In this document: piece after piece, positions 9,301 to 17,365 of the stretch
How the letters are laid out: the number at the start of each line of letters is the position of its first letter
Position numbering within the stretch: the stretch's first letter is position 1
Assembly: GCA_043754515.1 (NCBI GenBank)
Contig: JAYUUO010000263.1
Coordinates: 1 to 24,854, forward strand
Length of the DNA stretch: 24,854 nt
Origin: Armatimonadota bacterium
GTDB lineage: Bacteria > Armatimonadota > Armatimonadia > Armatimonadales > Armatimonadaceae
Direction: 5' to 3'
The notes under the pieces: generated by a model
What the model was told of the DNA's origin: nothing
Seen by the model: the letters and a program-made list of their open reading frames with translations, nothing else
Databases searched by the model: none
Translations under genes and position numbers: made by a program

Positions 9301-9387
9301 CGGCTAACGGTCGTCCCGACCGCGGCCGGAGGGCGGGCGTTGTGGGTGTCGGGGGATTCGGGCGCGGCACGCGTCGGGTTGCCATGA
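6376..9387 (+). CDS. large secreted beta-propeller repeat protein (~1000 aa)
   Basis: The likely start MMKPSLLLALILPAMFLP is a signal peptide followed by a Pro-rich linker. Blade-like repeats include VWLGTRLGVKRID, YGAGDGLP, IYLATERGLFTVD and LVVSTDGVWKYD. No kinase or transmembrane output domain seen. Confidence 0.7.
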   Translation: MMKPSLLLALILPAMFLPSLRSGAPAPPASSAPPASAPALTPVPMPTPSPPSELPTLRRSPLSFVGRVGAVSVFSREINRVTDMARGRDAVWLGTRLGVKRIDNIPGNGESYGATHVYGAGDGLPWGVAQCIATDDEGDRAVTIVEVAGYPDKLPYALCLYHPETDRWQVIARLPGNRSGRSLDSSGWQPGFFERELPPYYVAIDGKYVSLMVSTVVGREPLLSRYDKFTGAPAAPITAPILADGDAPSLTIRATARDRDTIYLATERGLFTVDTGAGTVARYFPGMYVGGVGVAPPGSEAEDTLWFTAAPRMPVAGGDDPGSYGFLRSFSLITKRDGGVRVSLKAEGGQSELRVGEDGLPYLVQRGQFARYEPKGKIWRHFGTLPLTPPMFGSNHQPAYTTAIPGRGDVPDSVAAVRAYARKDFAMDDEERLRWTRERFRHWVSPDVRAAVAATGVREGAATGTSFAVSASGAATESVATSRERGELNRLPATRYNGSSNKTPDPFIPRREWSTGNWGVPLPRLLKWDTARETAGDFGPVMTFADRFRDETISNADLMRANKALIRLRAKPRPAPYVAIPLNLPPLRRAPPRVTGLSRGYGNGSDEVILETSRGPLWLFSVGGDGEAEVVWLSQAEKKQREAEAANTPARSLDAPPPADAPGMPRDPASTTPLITRALGDPGGGHTYYLVAGSPRLWLYNASKPGWEPKAALPASVQQFVGGDGKRLNDPLTAILGNGLLVVSTDGVWKYDQYRDAGQGRWLAVSLPPKFAPADAYTGSVVAPSDLETVSVVAEPGSVLIAGRGRQQSDSPFLIRWDKKTGRSTLLADGRNGLPFLHGNAPLLFGDGEAAWIAQQPRGDEPGGAFRWDARAKRFTPITDETVLAMEADNHATHDVTDKRATRDVFLLTRSAILRWHRATGRVTRFPLPIPNSARLVTQTPATLYVLAGDIVFGWDKGMERWQRLAAVPRTGDYARLTVVPTAAGGRALWVSGDSGAARVGLP

Positions 9388-9420
9388 AGCGTTGGTAGGG
9401 TGTCGGGGGCGGGCACCCCA

Positions 9421-9458
9421 CTCGTCCGGCCTCCCGCCGCGCCCGGAGGCCGGACGAG
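9421..9458. terminator. perfect 14-bp hairpin after the propeller gene (terminator or REP-like)
   Basis: ctcgtccggcctcc pairs with ggaggccggacgag around a 10-nt loop. There is no U-tract. Confidence 0.5.
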
Positions 9459-9505
9459 CGAGGCGATACCTCCCCCCTCCGACGCCCCGCGTCACTCCCG
9501 CGCCT

Positions 9506-9535
9506 TTGCCGCGCCGCGCCCGAAACGGTTATAAT
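9506..9535 (+). promoter_or_regulatory. sigma70-type promoter of plsY
   Basis: TTGCCG-18-TATAAT. The ATG is 9 nt after the -10 and there is no SD. Confidence 0.7.
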
Positions 9536-9544
9536 CACTGTTAT

Positions 9545-10294
9545 ATGCCTAGCCCGATACTCTCCTTCCTGTTCTGCCTCGCCGCCTTCCTCTGCGGCGC
9601 GGTGCCGTTCGGGTTCCTGGCGGGGCGGCGGCAGGGGATTGACCTGCGCGAACACGGGTCGAAGAACATCGGCGCGACCAACACGCTCCGTGTCCTCGGT
9701 AAAAAAGCGGGAATCACGGTGCTGATCCTGGACGCCGTGAAGGGGCTGATCCCAGTCCTTGCCGCGACCTACCTGTTCCACCCGTTCGGGACCGAGGGCG
9801 CGGCGGCGGACCCGTGGCGCGTCGCGGTCGGGCTGTCCGCCGTGCTCGGGCACATCTACTCGCCGTTCGTCCGCTTCAAAGGCGGCAAAGGCGTCGCGAC
9901 AACTCTCGGCGTGCTGATCGGACTACAGCCGGTTATCGCGCTGTCGTGCTTCGCCGTGTTTTTCGTCACGGTGTGGGCGACGCGCTACGTCTCGCTCGGC
10001 TCGATCCTGGGCGCGGTCATGGAGGTCGCGCTGTTCTGGCTCCTACCGCACCGGGGCTACGCGCTCCCGATATTCGGGACGCTGGTCGCGCTGTTCGTGA
10101 TCGCCCGGCACCGGGCCAATATCGGGCGGTTGCTGGCGGGGACGGAGAGCAAGTGGGGCGAGGGGGCGGCGGCGACAGAAGGGAGCGCGGGGACGGCGAA
10201 TGTGAGTGAGGCGGGCATTGCAGGCGTTGTGGGTGATGATGTTGTGGGGGTTGGCCGGGGAGAGGCGGTTTCGGGAGGGGGACACCCGCGGTAG
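9545..10294 (+). CDS. plsY: glycerol-3-phosphate acyltransferase PlsY
   Basis: Motifs GAVPFG, DLREHGSKNIGATN, DAVKG, GHIYSPFVRFKGGKGVAT, TRYVSLGS and RHRANIGRLLAGTE. Start reassigned to ATG 9545. Confidence 0.97.
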   Translation: MPSPILSFLFCLAAFLCGAVPFGFLAGRRQGIDLREHGSKNIGATNTLRVLGKKAGITVLILDAVKGLIPVLAATYLFHPFGTEGAAADPWRVAVGLSAVLGHIYSPFVRFKGGKGVATTLGVLIGLQPVIALSCFAVFFVTVWATRYVSLGSILGAVMEVALFWLLPHRGYALPIFGTLVALFVIARHRANIGRLLAGTESKWGEGAAATEGSAGTANVSEAGIAGVVGDDVVGVGRGEAVSGGGHPR

Positions 10295-10434
10295 TATGCG
10301 CGGGGCTTGTGTGTCGTCGCGGGGCTTGTTCGTGGTCGGCGCGGGGCACGCTCGACAGACCCGCGCCCCGCGCACGCTCGACAGACACCCACCCACGCCC
10401 CGCGACGACTACGAACAAGCCCCGCGCCCACTAC
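10291..10434. repeat. REP/REPIN-like palindromic element between convergent genes
   Basis: The ends GTAGtatgcgcggggcttgt and acaagccccgcgcccaCTAC are inverted. The internal 15-bp direct repeat gcacgctcgacagac occurs at 10346 and 10372. Confidence 0.75.
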
Positions 10435-10501
10435 AGACCCACGCGCTAGCGCCCATCCCGCCGCCACTCACGCCCCCCGACCGCTCCCCAAATTCACCCC
10501 C

Positions 10502-11764
10502 TCATTCCCACGGCACAACCTTTCCCCGATTCTGCTTCTGCCAGAACCGCCGCGCCTGATCCCGCAGCACGTCCGAGGCGGGGTCGGGCGCGTACCCGGA
10601 GCCGTTCTTTATCGCCGCGAACGCCTCGCGCAACAACGCCCGCGCCTCGCCCTCCGGGACGCCGGGTAGCCAGTCGGCGGGAATGGGTAGTTTCGGCGTC
10701 GCCGGGGCCTGGCGTTTGAGCGACTTGTTCGCCGCCGCACCCTCGCGCTCGCCGTGCCGCTCCGCCGTGCCGATTTCACAGAGGTACCAGCCGGGAAACG
10801 ACCACGTACCCGTGCCGATATTTCGGGCGATCGAGATAGCGTAACCCGCGCCACCGTTCAAGCCCTTGGCGAGTCGCCGGAGGGTGTAGCGGCACGCGTC
10901 CTCCAGGGCGGCGGGCGCGATTTCGGCCCTGTACCGACTTACAGACTCCTCGGTGATTCCGCATTGGCGCATCAAAACAACAACCGGCGGCTCCGCGGTA
11001 GCGGTAGCCGGGAGCAGGCCAACTGTTTCCCGATGTTTCTTCTCCTCCGTATCTACCGTAGATAGTGGATAGACCCGTGCCGGTACCCCCGCGACGACCC
11101 CTGCGATAACCCCCGCGATAGTAGGAACGGCTTCCGGCCCGGTTGACGCGCCCGACACGGTGCCGGCGGGCACGGCGTGGTAGCCGGTGCCGACCACGCC
11201 CGCCGCGCCGCGCCCGGTGCCGCTCGCCGGACTACGCCTGTTGCTCGTGACACGGGTGCCATCGCCCGCGACCGCGCCGGATGCCGCGCCGCCGTTCCCG
11301 TCCGCGCCCGCATCCGCGAGGAGCGGCCTGGTAAACGGGGTCTTGGGGCGCGGGGACGCGGCGAAGCGGGGCGGGGCGACCGGCATCAGCGGGCGGATCA
11401 GGAGACGAACCCCCTCGTCGAGCTGGGTCTCGATCCACCCGGCTTCGCGCAACTGCCGCACCCACTCGTACACGGTGCGCACGGAACGGCCCGACTGCGC
11501 CGCATACCATTTGCAGAACGCGAACGCGTAGCCGCGCGGCTCGCCGGTCAGCGGGTCCTCCTTACAGGCGAGGCGGCAGACGAGCCGGTAAAAGATCACG
11601 GCGGGGCCACACGGCACGCGGACGGCTGGTTTCCGTGGCGGCGTTGTCACGGCGGCGTTATCGGGCGTCCTGATAAACACAGGCGGCCCCGACGTCTCGC
11701 GCGGCGACGCCGAACCCGCGCGCGGCTCTAACAAATCGGTCGGGTGCGGTCGGGGTGTGGGCAT
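10502..11764 (-). CDS. winged-HTH protein resembling phage/plasmid replication initiators
   Basis: HTH_36-like segment GYAFAFCKWYAAQSGRSVRTVYEWVRQLREAGWIE, then a low-complexity linker and a helical C-terminal domain with NGGAGYAISIARN. GGAGA upstream; the exact start is uncertain. Confidence 0.7.
   Translation of the reverse strand: MPTPRPHPTDLLEPRAGSASPRETSGPPVFIRTPDNAAVTTPPRKPAVRVPCGPAVIFYRLVCRLACKEDPLTGEPRGYAFAFCKWYAAQSGRSVRTVYEWVRQLREAGWIETQLDEGVRLLIRPLMPVAPPRFAASPRPKTPFTRPLLADAGADGNGGAASGAVAGDGTRVTSNRRSPASGTGRGAAGVVGTGYHAVPAGTVSGASTGPEAVPTIAGVIAGVVAGVPARVYPLSTVDTEEKKHRETVGLLPATATAEPPVVVLMRQCGITEESVSRYRAEIAPAALEDACRYTLRRLAKGLNGGAGYAISIARNIGTGTWSFPGWYLCEIGTAERHGEREGAAANKSLKRQAPATPKLPIPADWLPGVPEGEARALLREAFAAIKNGSGYAPDPASDVLRDQARRFWQKQNRGKVVPWE
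11085..11120. repeat. three tandem 12-bp repeats (iteron-like) inside the initiator-like gene
   Basis: acccccgcgacg / acccctgcgata / acccccgcgata, next to the inverted repeat tatctac-c-gtagata (11050-11064). Confidence 0.7.
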
Positions 11765-11882
11765 CGGGTCGGGGGTTCTCCGGCGGCGGGTTTTGACCCG
11801 TCAGGAGGGGCAGAATGATGGCGCGCCGCGCCGCTACGCGCGCGGGGCGGCGAACAACCGTTTGCCTTCGCCGCCCCCTTGT

Positions 11883-11925
11883 AATGTAACACACGCCGGG
11901 CATGTCGGGCGAACAAAAAGTAAAC
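11883..11925 (-). promoter_or_regulatory. promoter of the initiator-like gene, same architecture as 5856-5897
   Basis: Minus strand: GTTTACTTTTTGTT-N16-CGTGTGTTACATT, which contains the extended -10 TGnTACATT. Confidence 0.65.
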
Positions 11926-11943
11926 TATTCGCCGGTCAGGGGA

Positions 11944-11983
11944 GGGGCATCCCCGTGCCCCGCGCCCGGCACGGGGATGCCCC
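11944..11983 (-). terminator. perfect 16-bp hairpin downstream of the CRTAC1-like gene
   Basis: ggggcatccccgtgcc pairs with ggcacggggatgcccc around an 8-nt loop. The U-tract is poor. Confidence 0.55.
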
Positions 11984-12019
11984 GCTTCCCCACCCGCCCT
12001 CATCGGCGCGCTGAAAACC

Positions 12020-13390
12020 TTACGGGTGCGCCACCCGCAACGTCTGCCGCGACGCCGGACGCTCCACCACCGCCACCGCGCCGCCCGGAAATACCACCGT
12101 CACCGACTCGACCTCCGTCTCCGCCCCGAGACCGAAGTGCGCGACCGGCTCCATCTGGCACAGGTAGCCCGAACCCGCGTCAATCGCGCGGCGCTGGACC
12201 CGGGCACGCGTCGTCAGCGTCACCACCGCCCCGCGTGCCGGTGCCCCGAACCGCGTGAGCGGGAGCACGCGAAGCCAGGCATTCCCCGCGCCGCCGTCCG
12301 CGCGGTACAGCGCGAGAGGGCGCGCCCCCTGCTCCCCGCGCGACACCAATAGCTCCAGCCGCCCGTCCCCATCAATGTCGCAAACCGCCGCGCCCGTGCC
12401 CGGCTCCACCGCCTCCTCCGCGTCCCCAATCGGCACGCGCTCCCAGCCGTTCCCACGCCACGCGAACAGCCGGTTGCGCTCGCCGATGTTGTTGAAGAAA
12501 ATCTCCTCGTACCCATCGTTATCGAAATCCGCGCAGATCACCGTGCGGACCGAACTCGGGCGCGCCATCTCCGGCGGCGCGGCGTCCATGAACCCGCCGA
12601 GTAACGTCTGCAAAAACAGGCGGTGTTCCCCCTGCCAGTTTCCCACGCACAGGTCAAACTTGCCGTTATGGTCCGCATCGAAAACCGCGATCCCGCGCCC
12701 GTTCTCGGACGCGTCGCATAAGCCTAGTTCGGCGGCATGATCCGTGTACGTCCCGTCGCCATTATTCACGAACAGGAAATTAGCCCCGCCTTCGTTCGCC
12801 GCGAATATATCCATGCGGCCCGGCGGCGACACCAGCGGTAGCGACACCAGTGCCCGCCCGCCCGTCACCTTCGCGATCCCCGCGTCCCGCGCCTCGTCGT
12901 GCAGTTCGCCGCCGCCGTTCGTCTCGTACAGGCGGAACGGCCCGCCGTAGTTCGCGACCACGAAGCCGTACCGCCCCGAACCGAACCGATCCGTCACGCA
13001 AACCGAGCGGCCCGCCACCAGGTTAACGTTGTCGTAGTTCGCGGGCAACTGGAACAGGTCCGACCACGCGCCGTCCCGGAACGCGAACAGGTTGTCCCCG
13101 AACCGCTTCACGCCCCGGAACGTGTCCGTGTTCAGGACGTATATCTCCTCGCGCCCATCCCCGTCTATATCGCCCGCCCCGACCCCGATAGCCCGCCGAT
13201 CCGACGCTGCTAGTACCGGGTCGAACCAATCAATCAGGTTCGCGCCGTCCCAGGCGAGGACGCGGTTGGGGAAGCCGAACCCGGCGACGAAGAACTCGAA
13301 GCGCCCGTCGCCGTTCACATCGGCTACGGCGATCCCGTAGCCGAGCATGGGTGGGTTATAAACGAGCCGCTCGCTGATGTCGGTGAACAT
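12020..13390 (-). CDS. CRTAC1-family protein (FG-GAP/VCBS propeller plus ASPIC/UnbV domain)
   Basis: Five Dx(D/N)xxG Ca-binding blades (DVNGDG, DIDGDG, DADHNG, DFDNDG, DIDGDG) and the C-terminal GSGYLCQMEPVAHFGLG. Likely start MFTDISERL at 13390, 9 nt after TACACT. Confidence 0.92.
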   Translation of the reverse strand: MFTDISERLVYNPPMLGYGIAVADVNGDGRFEFFVAGFGFPNRVLAWDGANLIDWFDPVLAASDRRAIGVGAGDIDGDGREEIYVLNTDTFRGVKRFGDNLFAFRDGAWSDLFQLPANYDNVNLVAGRSVCVTDRFGSGRYGFVVANYGGPFRLYETNGGGELHDEARDAGIAKVTGGRALVSLPLVSPPGRMDIFAANEGGANFLFVNNGDGTYTDHAAELGLCDASENGRGIAVFDADHNGKFDLCVGNWQGEHRLFLQTLLGGFMDAAPPEMARPSSVRTVICADFDNDGYEEIFFNNIGERNRLFAWRGNGWERVPIGDAEEAVEPGTGAAVCDIDGDGRLELLVSRGEQGARPLALYRADGGAGNAWLRVLPLTRFGAPARGAVVTLTTRARVQRRAIDAGSGYLCQMEPVAHFGLGAETEVESVTVVFPGGAVAVVERPASRQTLRVAHP

Positions 13391-13674
13391 ATTGCGCACA
13401 GTGTACCCCGTAGGCGGGAAGTTGCGCGGGGTCGCCGTGACGGGAAGTCGGGCGATCACATCCTACGTCACGTCGCCAACACGTTGCTAACACGACGTAT
13501 ATGCGCGGGTGGTCACCCCGACCGACCGAACGGGGGCGATCCGGCGAACGGAACCGGCCGCACTCACCAAACAAGCGCGACCCGAAGGGTCTACAGCCGA
13601 AGGCTTCCTGTTCGCGAGCCGCGAACGGGAACAATTCATTGTCCGCCCGCCCCACCCGCACACCACCCCCCGCC

Positions 13675-15027
13675 CTAGTTCAAAACCTCTTCCGGCGTCA
13701 AACGCAGCTCGCCCTCGTTGCTCGCATATTCGAGCAGTCCCGCGAACCGCCCCCAGTTGACCGCCGTCTCGAACTGCGCCTTCGCCTCGTCCGCGCTGTA
13801 GCTCTCGTCCAGAATATCCAGGATGAAATCCTCTTTCACCGGCTTGCCACTCGCCGCCACCAGTGCCTCGTGCATCGTGCGCACCATCGGCGCGTGCAAT
13901 AGCACCTGCTGGCGGAAAATGTCCTTCTCCTCCTCGACGCCGCCGTTCACGAACACCTGGCCGATGTCGGTCAGCGTCGCGTCGCCCTGTTGTACCACCG
14001 CGAACCCGAGTAGCACGGCGGCGTCCAGTGTCGGGAGCAGGTCGTCGGCGTCAATGCGCAACCGCTCCGAGATCACGGCGACGTCTTGCGGGCCACCGTA
14101 ATCCTGGATCAGTTCCAGCAGACCGCTGATGCCGCCCGGACGCGCGTGCGGGAGCGGCACCATTCCGGTGACTTTCTGGTTGCGCGCGGACGCCGTGATC
14201 GGCGCGACTTTGGTATCCGGGTTGGTCATCAGCGTGTAAACGTGGTCGGCAATCGCCTTAAACTCGGGCGTCCCGCGCTGGCGGGGGCGCGGCAGTTCAA
14301 CCGTGATCTCGGCGCGCACCCGTCCCGGATTCGATGACAGGATGATCACGCGGTCGGCGAGCAGAATCGCCTCCTCGATATTATGCGTGACGAGCAACAC
14401 GCTTTCGGCGGGGAATGTCCCCGCCTCCCACAAGTCCGCGATCTCACCGCGCAGGTTCTCCGCCGTCAAAACGTCGAGCGCGCTGAACGGTTCGTCGAGC
14501 AGGAGCAGTTTCGGGCGCACCACGAAGGCGCGCGCGAACCCGACGCGCTGTTGCATCCCGCCCGACAGCTCGCGCGGGTAGGCACTCTCGAACCCGTCCA
14601 GGCCGACCATCTTGAGCGCGACTTCGGCGCGGGAGCGGGTCTCCTCCGACGACAGGTGTTGCGATTCGAGGCCGATCAGCACGTTGTCCAGCACCGAGAG
14701 CCAGGGCAGGAGCGCGAACGACTGGAATACCATCGCCACGTCGCCGTTCGGCCCGCTCACGCGCTTGCCGGAGCTGTAGATCGTGCCGCTGGACGGCTCG
14801 ATCAGGCCCGCGACCGAGCGCAGGATGGTGGATTTGCCGCAACCGCTCCGCCCGAGTAGCCCGACGATTTCGCGCGGCTGGATGGTGAGCGAAATGCCGT
14901 CGAGCACTGTAAACGACCCGCCCGAATCCGGGCGCGGGTAGGACTTCGTGATACCGTCAATCTGGCACAGCGGCACCGCGCCGGGGAAGGCGGGTACGGT
15001 CGGCACCGTTCGGTTTAGTAGTGTCAT
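13675..15027 (-). CDS. nitrate/sulfonate/bicarbonate-type ABC ATPase with C-terminal AAA-associated domain
   Basis: Walker A GRSGCGKST, signature LSGGMQQR, Walker B LLLLDEPFSALD and H-loop VTHNIEEA. A ~170-aa C-terminal extension ends AVNWGRFAGLLEY. AAGGA RBS. Confidence 0.93.
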   Translation of the reverse strand: MTLLNRTVPTVPAFPGAVPLCQIDGITKSYPRPDSGGSFTVLDGISLTIQPREIVGLLGRSGCGKSTILRSVAGLIEPSSGTIYSSGKRVSGPNGDVAMVFQSFALLPWLSVLDNVLIGLESQHLSSEETRSRAEVALKMVGLDGFESAYPRELSGGMQQRVGFARAFVVRPKLLLLDEPFSALDVLTAENLRGEIADLWEAGTFPAESVLLVTHNIEEAILLADRVIILSSNPGRVRAEITVELPRPRQRGTPEFKAIADHVYTLMTNPDTKVAPITASARNQKVTGMVPLPHARPGGISGLLELIQDYGGPQDVAVISERLRIDADDLLPTLDAAVLLGFAVVQQGDATLTDIGQVFVNGGVEEEKDIFRQQVLLHAPMVRTMHEALVAASGKPVKEDFILDILDESYSADEAKAQFETAVNWGRFAGLLEYASNEGELRLTPEEVLN

Positions 15028-15061
15028 TGTAGTTTTCCTTTTCTGCTTTCGCTTCCGTTTG

Positions 15062-16867
15062 CTAGCCGAGCCGGTAGCGGGTTTCCGCCAGGCGATAGAG
15101 TCTGCGCCACACCAGTCGGTTAACGATCACGACGAAGAAACACATCAAAAACACGCCGAGCACGATGCGGGGCCAGTCGCCCTTCGTCGTGGCGTCGGCG
15201 ACGTAGGCACCGAGTCCGCGCGCGACCAGCGTCTGATCCCCCCATTTAACGACCTCGGACAGGATGCTCGCGTTCCACGCCCCGCCCGACGCCGTGATCG
15301 CCCCCGTGACGAGCGACGGGAAAATCGCGGGCAGGATCAGGTGACGCCAGAGCGGCACGCCTTTCAAGCGCATATTGCGTGCCATCTCCCGCAGGTCATT
15401 CGGCACCGCCATCGCGCCCGCGATCACGTTGAACAGGATGTACCACTGCGTCCCGAGCGCCATCAGAAGGATACTGCCCCAGTTGATCGGGAAGCCCGTG
15501 CGCAGGAACACGATGGTCGCCGCCGGGAAGACGAAGTTCGCCGGGAACGACGCCATCACCTGGATCACCGGTTGCATGATCCGGGCGAGGCGCGGGTTGA
15601 ACCCGATCGCGACCCCGATCGGCGTCCATACTATCGTCGCGAGCACAATCAGCAGCGCGACTCGCATCAGCGTCAGAACGCCCAGCCCGAAGGCTTTGAC
15701 TATCTCGCCGGGGGGCACTTCCGACGTCACGAACCGCGCCCCGAAATAGAGCGCGGTAACCAGGAAAGCGGCCAGGGCTATCGCGAACAGGACGTCGCCG
15801 CTCACGCCCAGAACCGCCGACGGGCGGACCGCCTTGACGACGGTGGGCGTGACGGATGCCGGACGCGGCGCGGGAATCAGTGCCACTATCCGGTCGCGGG
15901 CGCGGCGCAACACGCCGCCGATCACGAGCGCGATATGCGCGTCACGGATCAGGTCTAGCACCCACGACTGCGCGTGCTCGCCCGACGCGCTGCGATCCAT
16001 GCGAAACTTCTCCGACCAGGCGACGAGCGGTTTCCAGAACAACTGATCGGTGACGACGATCACCAGCACCATGGTCAAGACAGCCCAGAGTAGCGCGGGG
16101 ACGTTTTTCGCTTCCACGGCTTTTGCGACGTAGGAGCCGATGCCGGGTAGCGTGTAGTCTTTCTTCAGCACCGTGATCGCCTCGCTCGCGGCGAGAAAGA
16201 ACCAGCCACCGCCGAAACTCATCATGCCGTTCCAGACCAGCCCGATCATGGACGCGGGCACCTCGACGGCGATGAACCGACGCCATTTCGAGAAGCGGAA
16301 GACGGACGCCGCCTCGGAAAGTTCGTTCGGCAGGGTGGAAAGCGAGTTATAGAACGAGAACGTCATGTTCCATGCCTGGCCCGTGAAGATGGCGAAGATG
16401 CTCGCGCACTCCAGCCCGAACAGGCTGCCGGGGAACAGGGCGATGAACCCGGTCACGGAGACGGACAGGAACGCCAGCACCGGGATGGATTGCAGGATGT
16501 CGAGGAGCGGCACGAGGACGCGCTCGGCGTAGTGGTTCCGCGCCGCCACGTAGCCATACGGGAGCGTGAACAGGATCGAAAGCACCAGGCCCAGGAACAT
16601 GCGCAAGGTCGAGCGGGCGGCGTAATAGGGCAGGTTACGTGGGTCGAGGCTGATGGTCGGCGAGATAGAGGGCGGGTTGAAGGCGACGAAAAACCCCTGC
16701 CCGATCCGCGCCACGCCGTAGATGAGCAGGAACAACCCGAGCAGAAACGCGACGTCGGCAAGCCCGCGCCCGACGCCCGATTTCGTTCGCGCGTCGCCGA
16801 CCGGGGCGGGCGCGATCTCGCCGCGCCGGAGCGCGATCCAGTTGGAGAACTGTGGTAGTCGAATCAT
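15062..16867 (-). CDS. ABC transporter permease with two fused TM domains (NitT/TauT type)
   Basis: Two EAA-type loops (ELSEAASVFRFS, DLREMARNMRLKG) plus PLLDILQSIPVL and GGAWNASILSE. Start MIRLPQF at 16867 after an AGTAGGA RBS. Confidence 0.92.
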   Translation of the reverse strand: MIRLPQFSNWIALRRGEIAPAPVGDARTKSGVGRGLADVAFLLGLFLLIYGVARIGQGFFVAFNPPSISPTISLDPRNLPYYAARSTLRMFLGLVLSILFTLPYGYVAARNHYAERVLVPLLDILQSIPVLAFLSVSVTGFIALFPGSLFGLECASIFAIFTGQAWNMTFSFYNSLSTLPNELSEAASVFRFSKWRRFIAVEVPASMIGLVWNGMMSFGGGWFFLAASEAITVLKKDYTLPGIGSYVAKAVEAKNVPALLWAVLTMVLVIVVTDQLFWKPLVAWSEKFRMDRSASGEHAQSWVLDLIRDAHIALVIGGVLRRARDRIVALIPAPRPASVTPTVVKAVRPSAVLGVSGDVLFAIALAAFLVTALYFGARFVTSEVPPGEIVKAFGLGVLTLMRVALLIVLATIVWTPIGVAIGFNPRLARIMQPVIQVMASFPANFVFPAATIVFLRTGFPINWGSILLMALGTQWYILFNVIAGAMAVPNDLREMARNMRLKGVPLWRHLILPAIFPSLVTGAITASGGAWNASILSEVVKWGDQTLVARGLGAYVADATTKGDWPRIVLGVFLMCFFVVIVNRLVWRRLYRLAETRYRLG

Positions 16868-17220
16868 TGCTTTTCCTACTCTTTCGACGCGTCGCGACAG
16901 GCCCCGCGGTAACACGACTTCGCGCGCGAAAGGCATGAGGACGTGACGCGTGGCGATGGCAGGTCGCCGCGAAACTAGAGCAAGAAGTAGGGAGACTTAT
17001 CGGGCGCGGCGGAAGCGAACAGCGGTTCTGCCGCGATTCCCGCTAAACGAAGGAAAGGGGCGAGACGCGCGGCTCACGCCGCCGCCGCCGACTGTCGCAC
17101 TCTTGTCGCGGCGACTGCTCGTACTATGACTTGAACCGTTGGACATGATTTTTTTGTGTTCCACCACCCAAACGTAAACTCGTGCCCGTCGCACGGTTCG
17201 TGACCGGTTAGAACCCCGGT

Positions 17221-17250
17221 AGTCTATCGCCGCCCGCCCGTTTTTGTCAA
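17221..17250 (-). promoter_or_regulatory. sigma70-type promoter for the ABC operon
   Basis: TTGACA-18-TAGACT on the minus strand, implying a leader of about 350 nt. Confidence 0.7.
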
Positions 17251-17365
17251 GGGGAGTTTTTGTCAGGGCGATTCGCGGGTAGTGGGGACGTGAACGTTCG
17301 TGGTAAGAAGGGTGGGATGTGCCCCTGGTGGAGCCCTCGCAGGGGAGCGAGGGGCAGGTCCGGTT

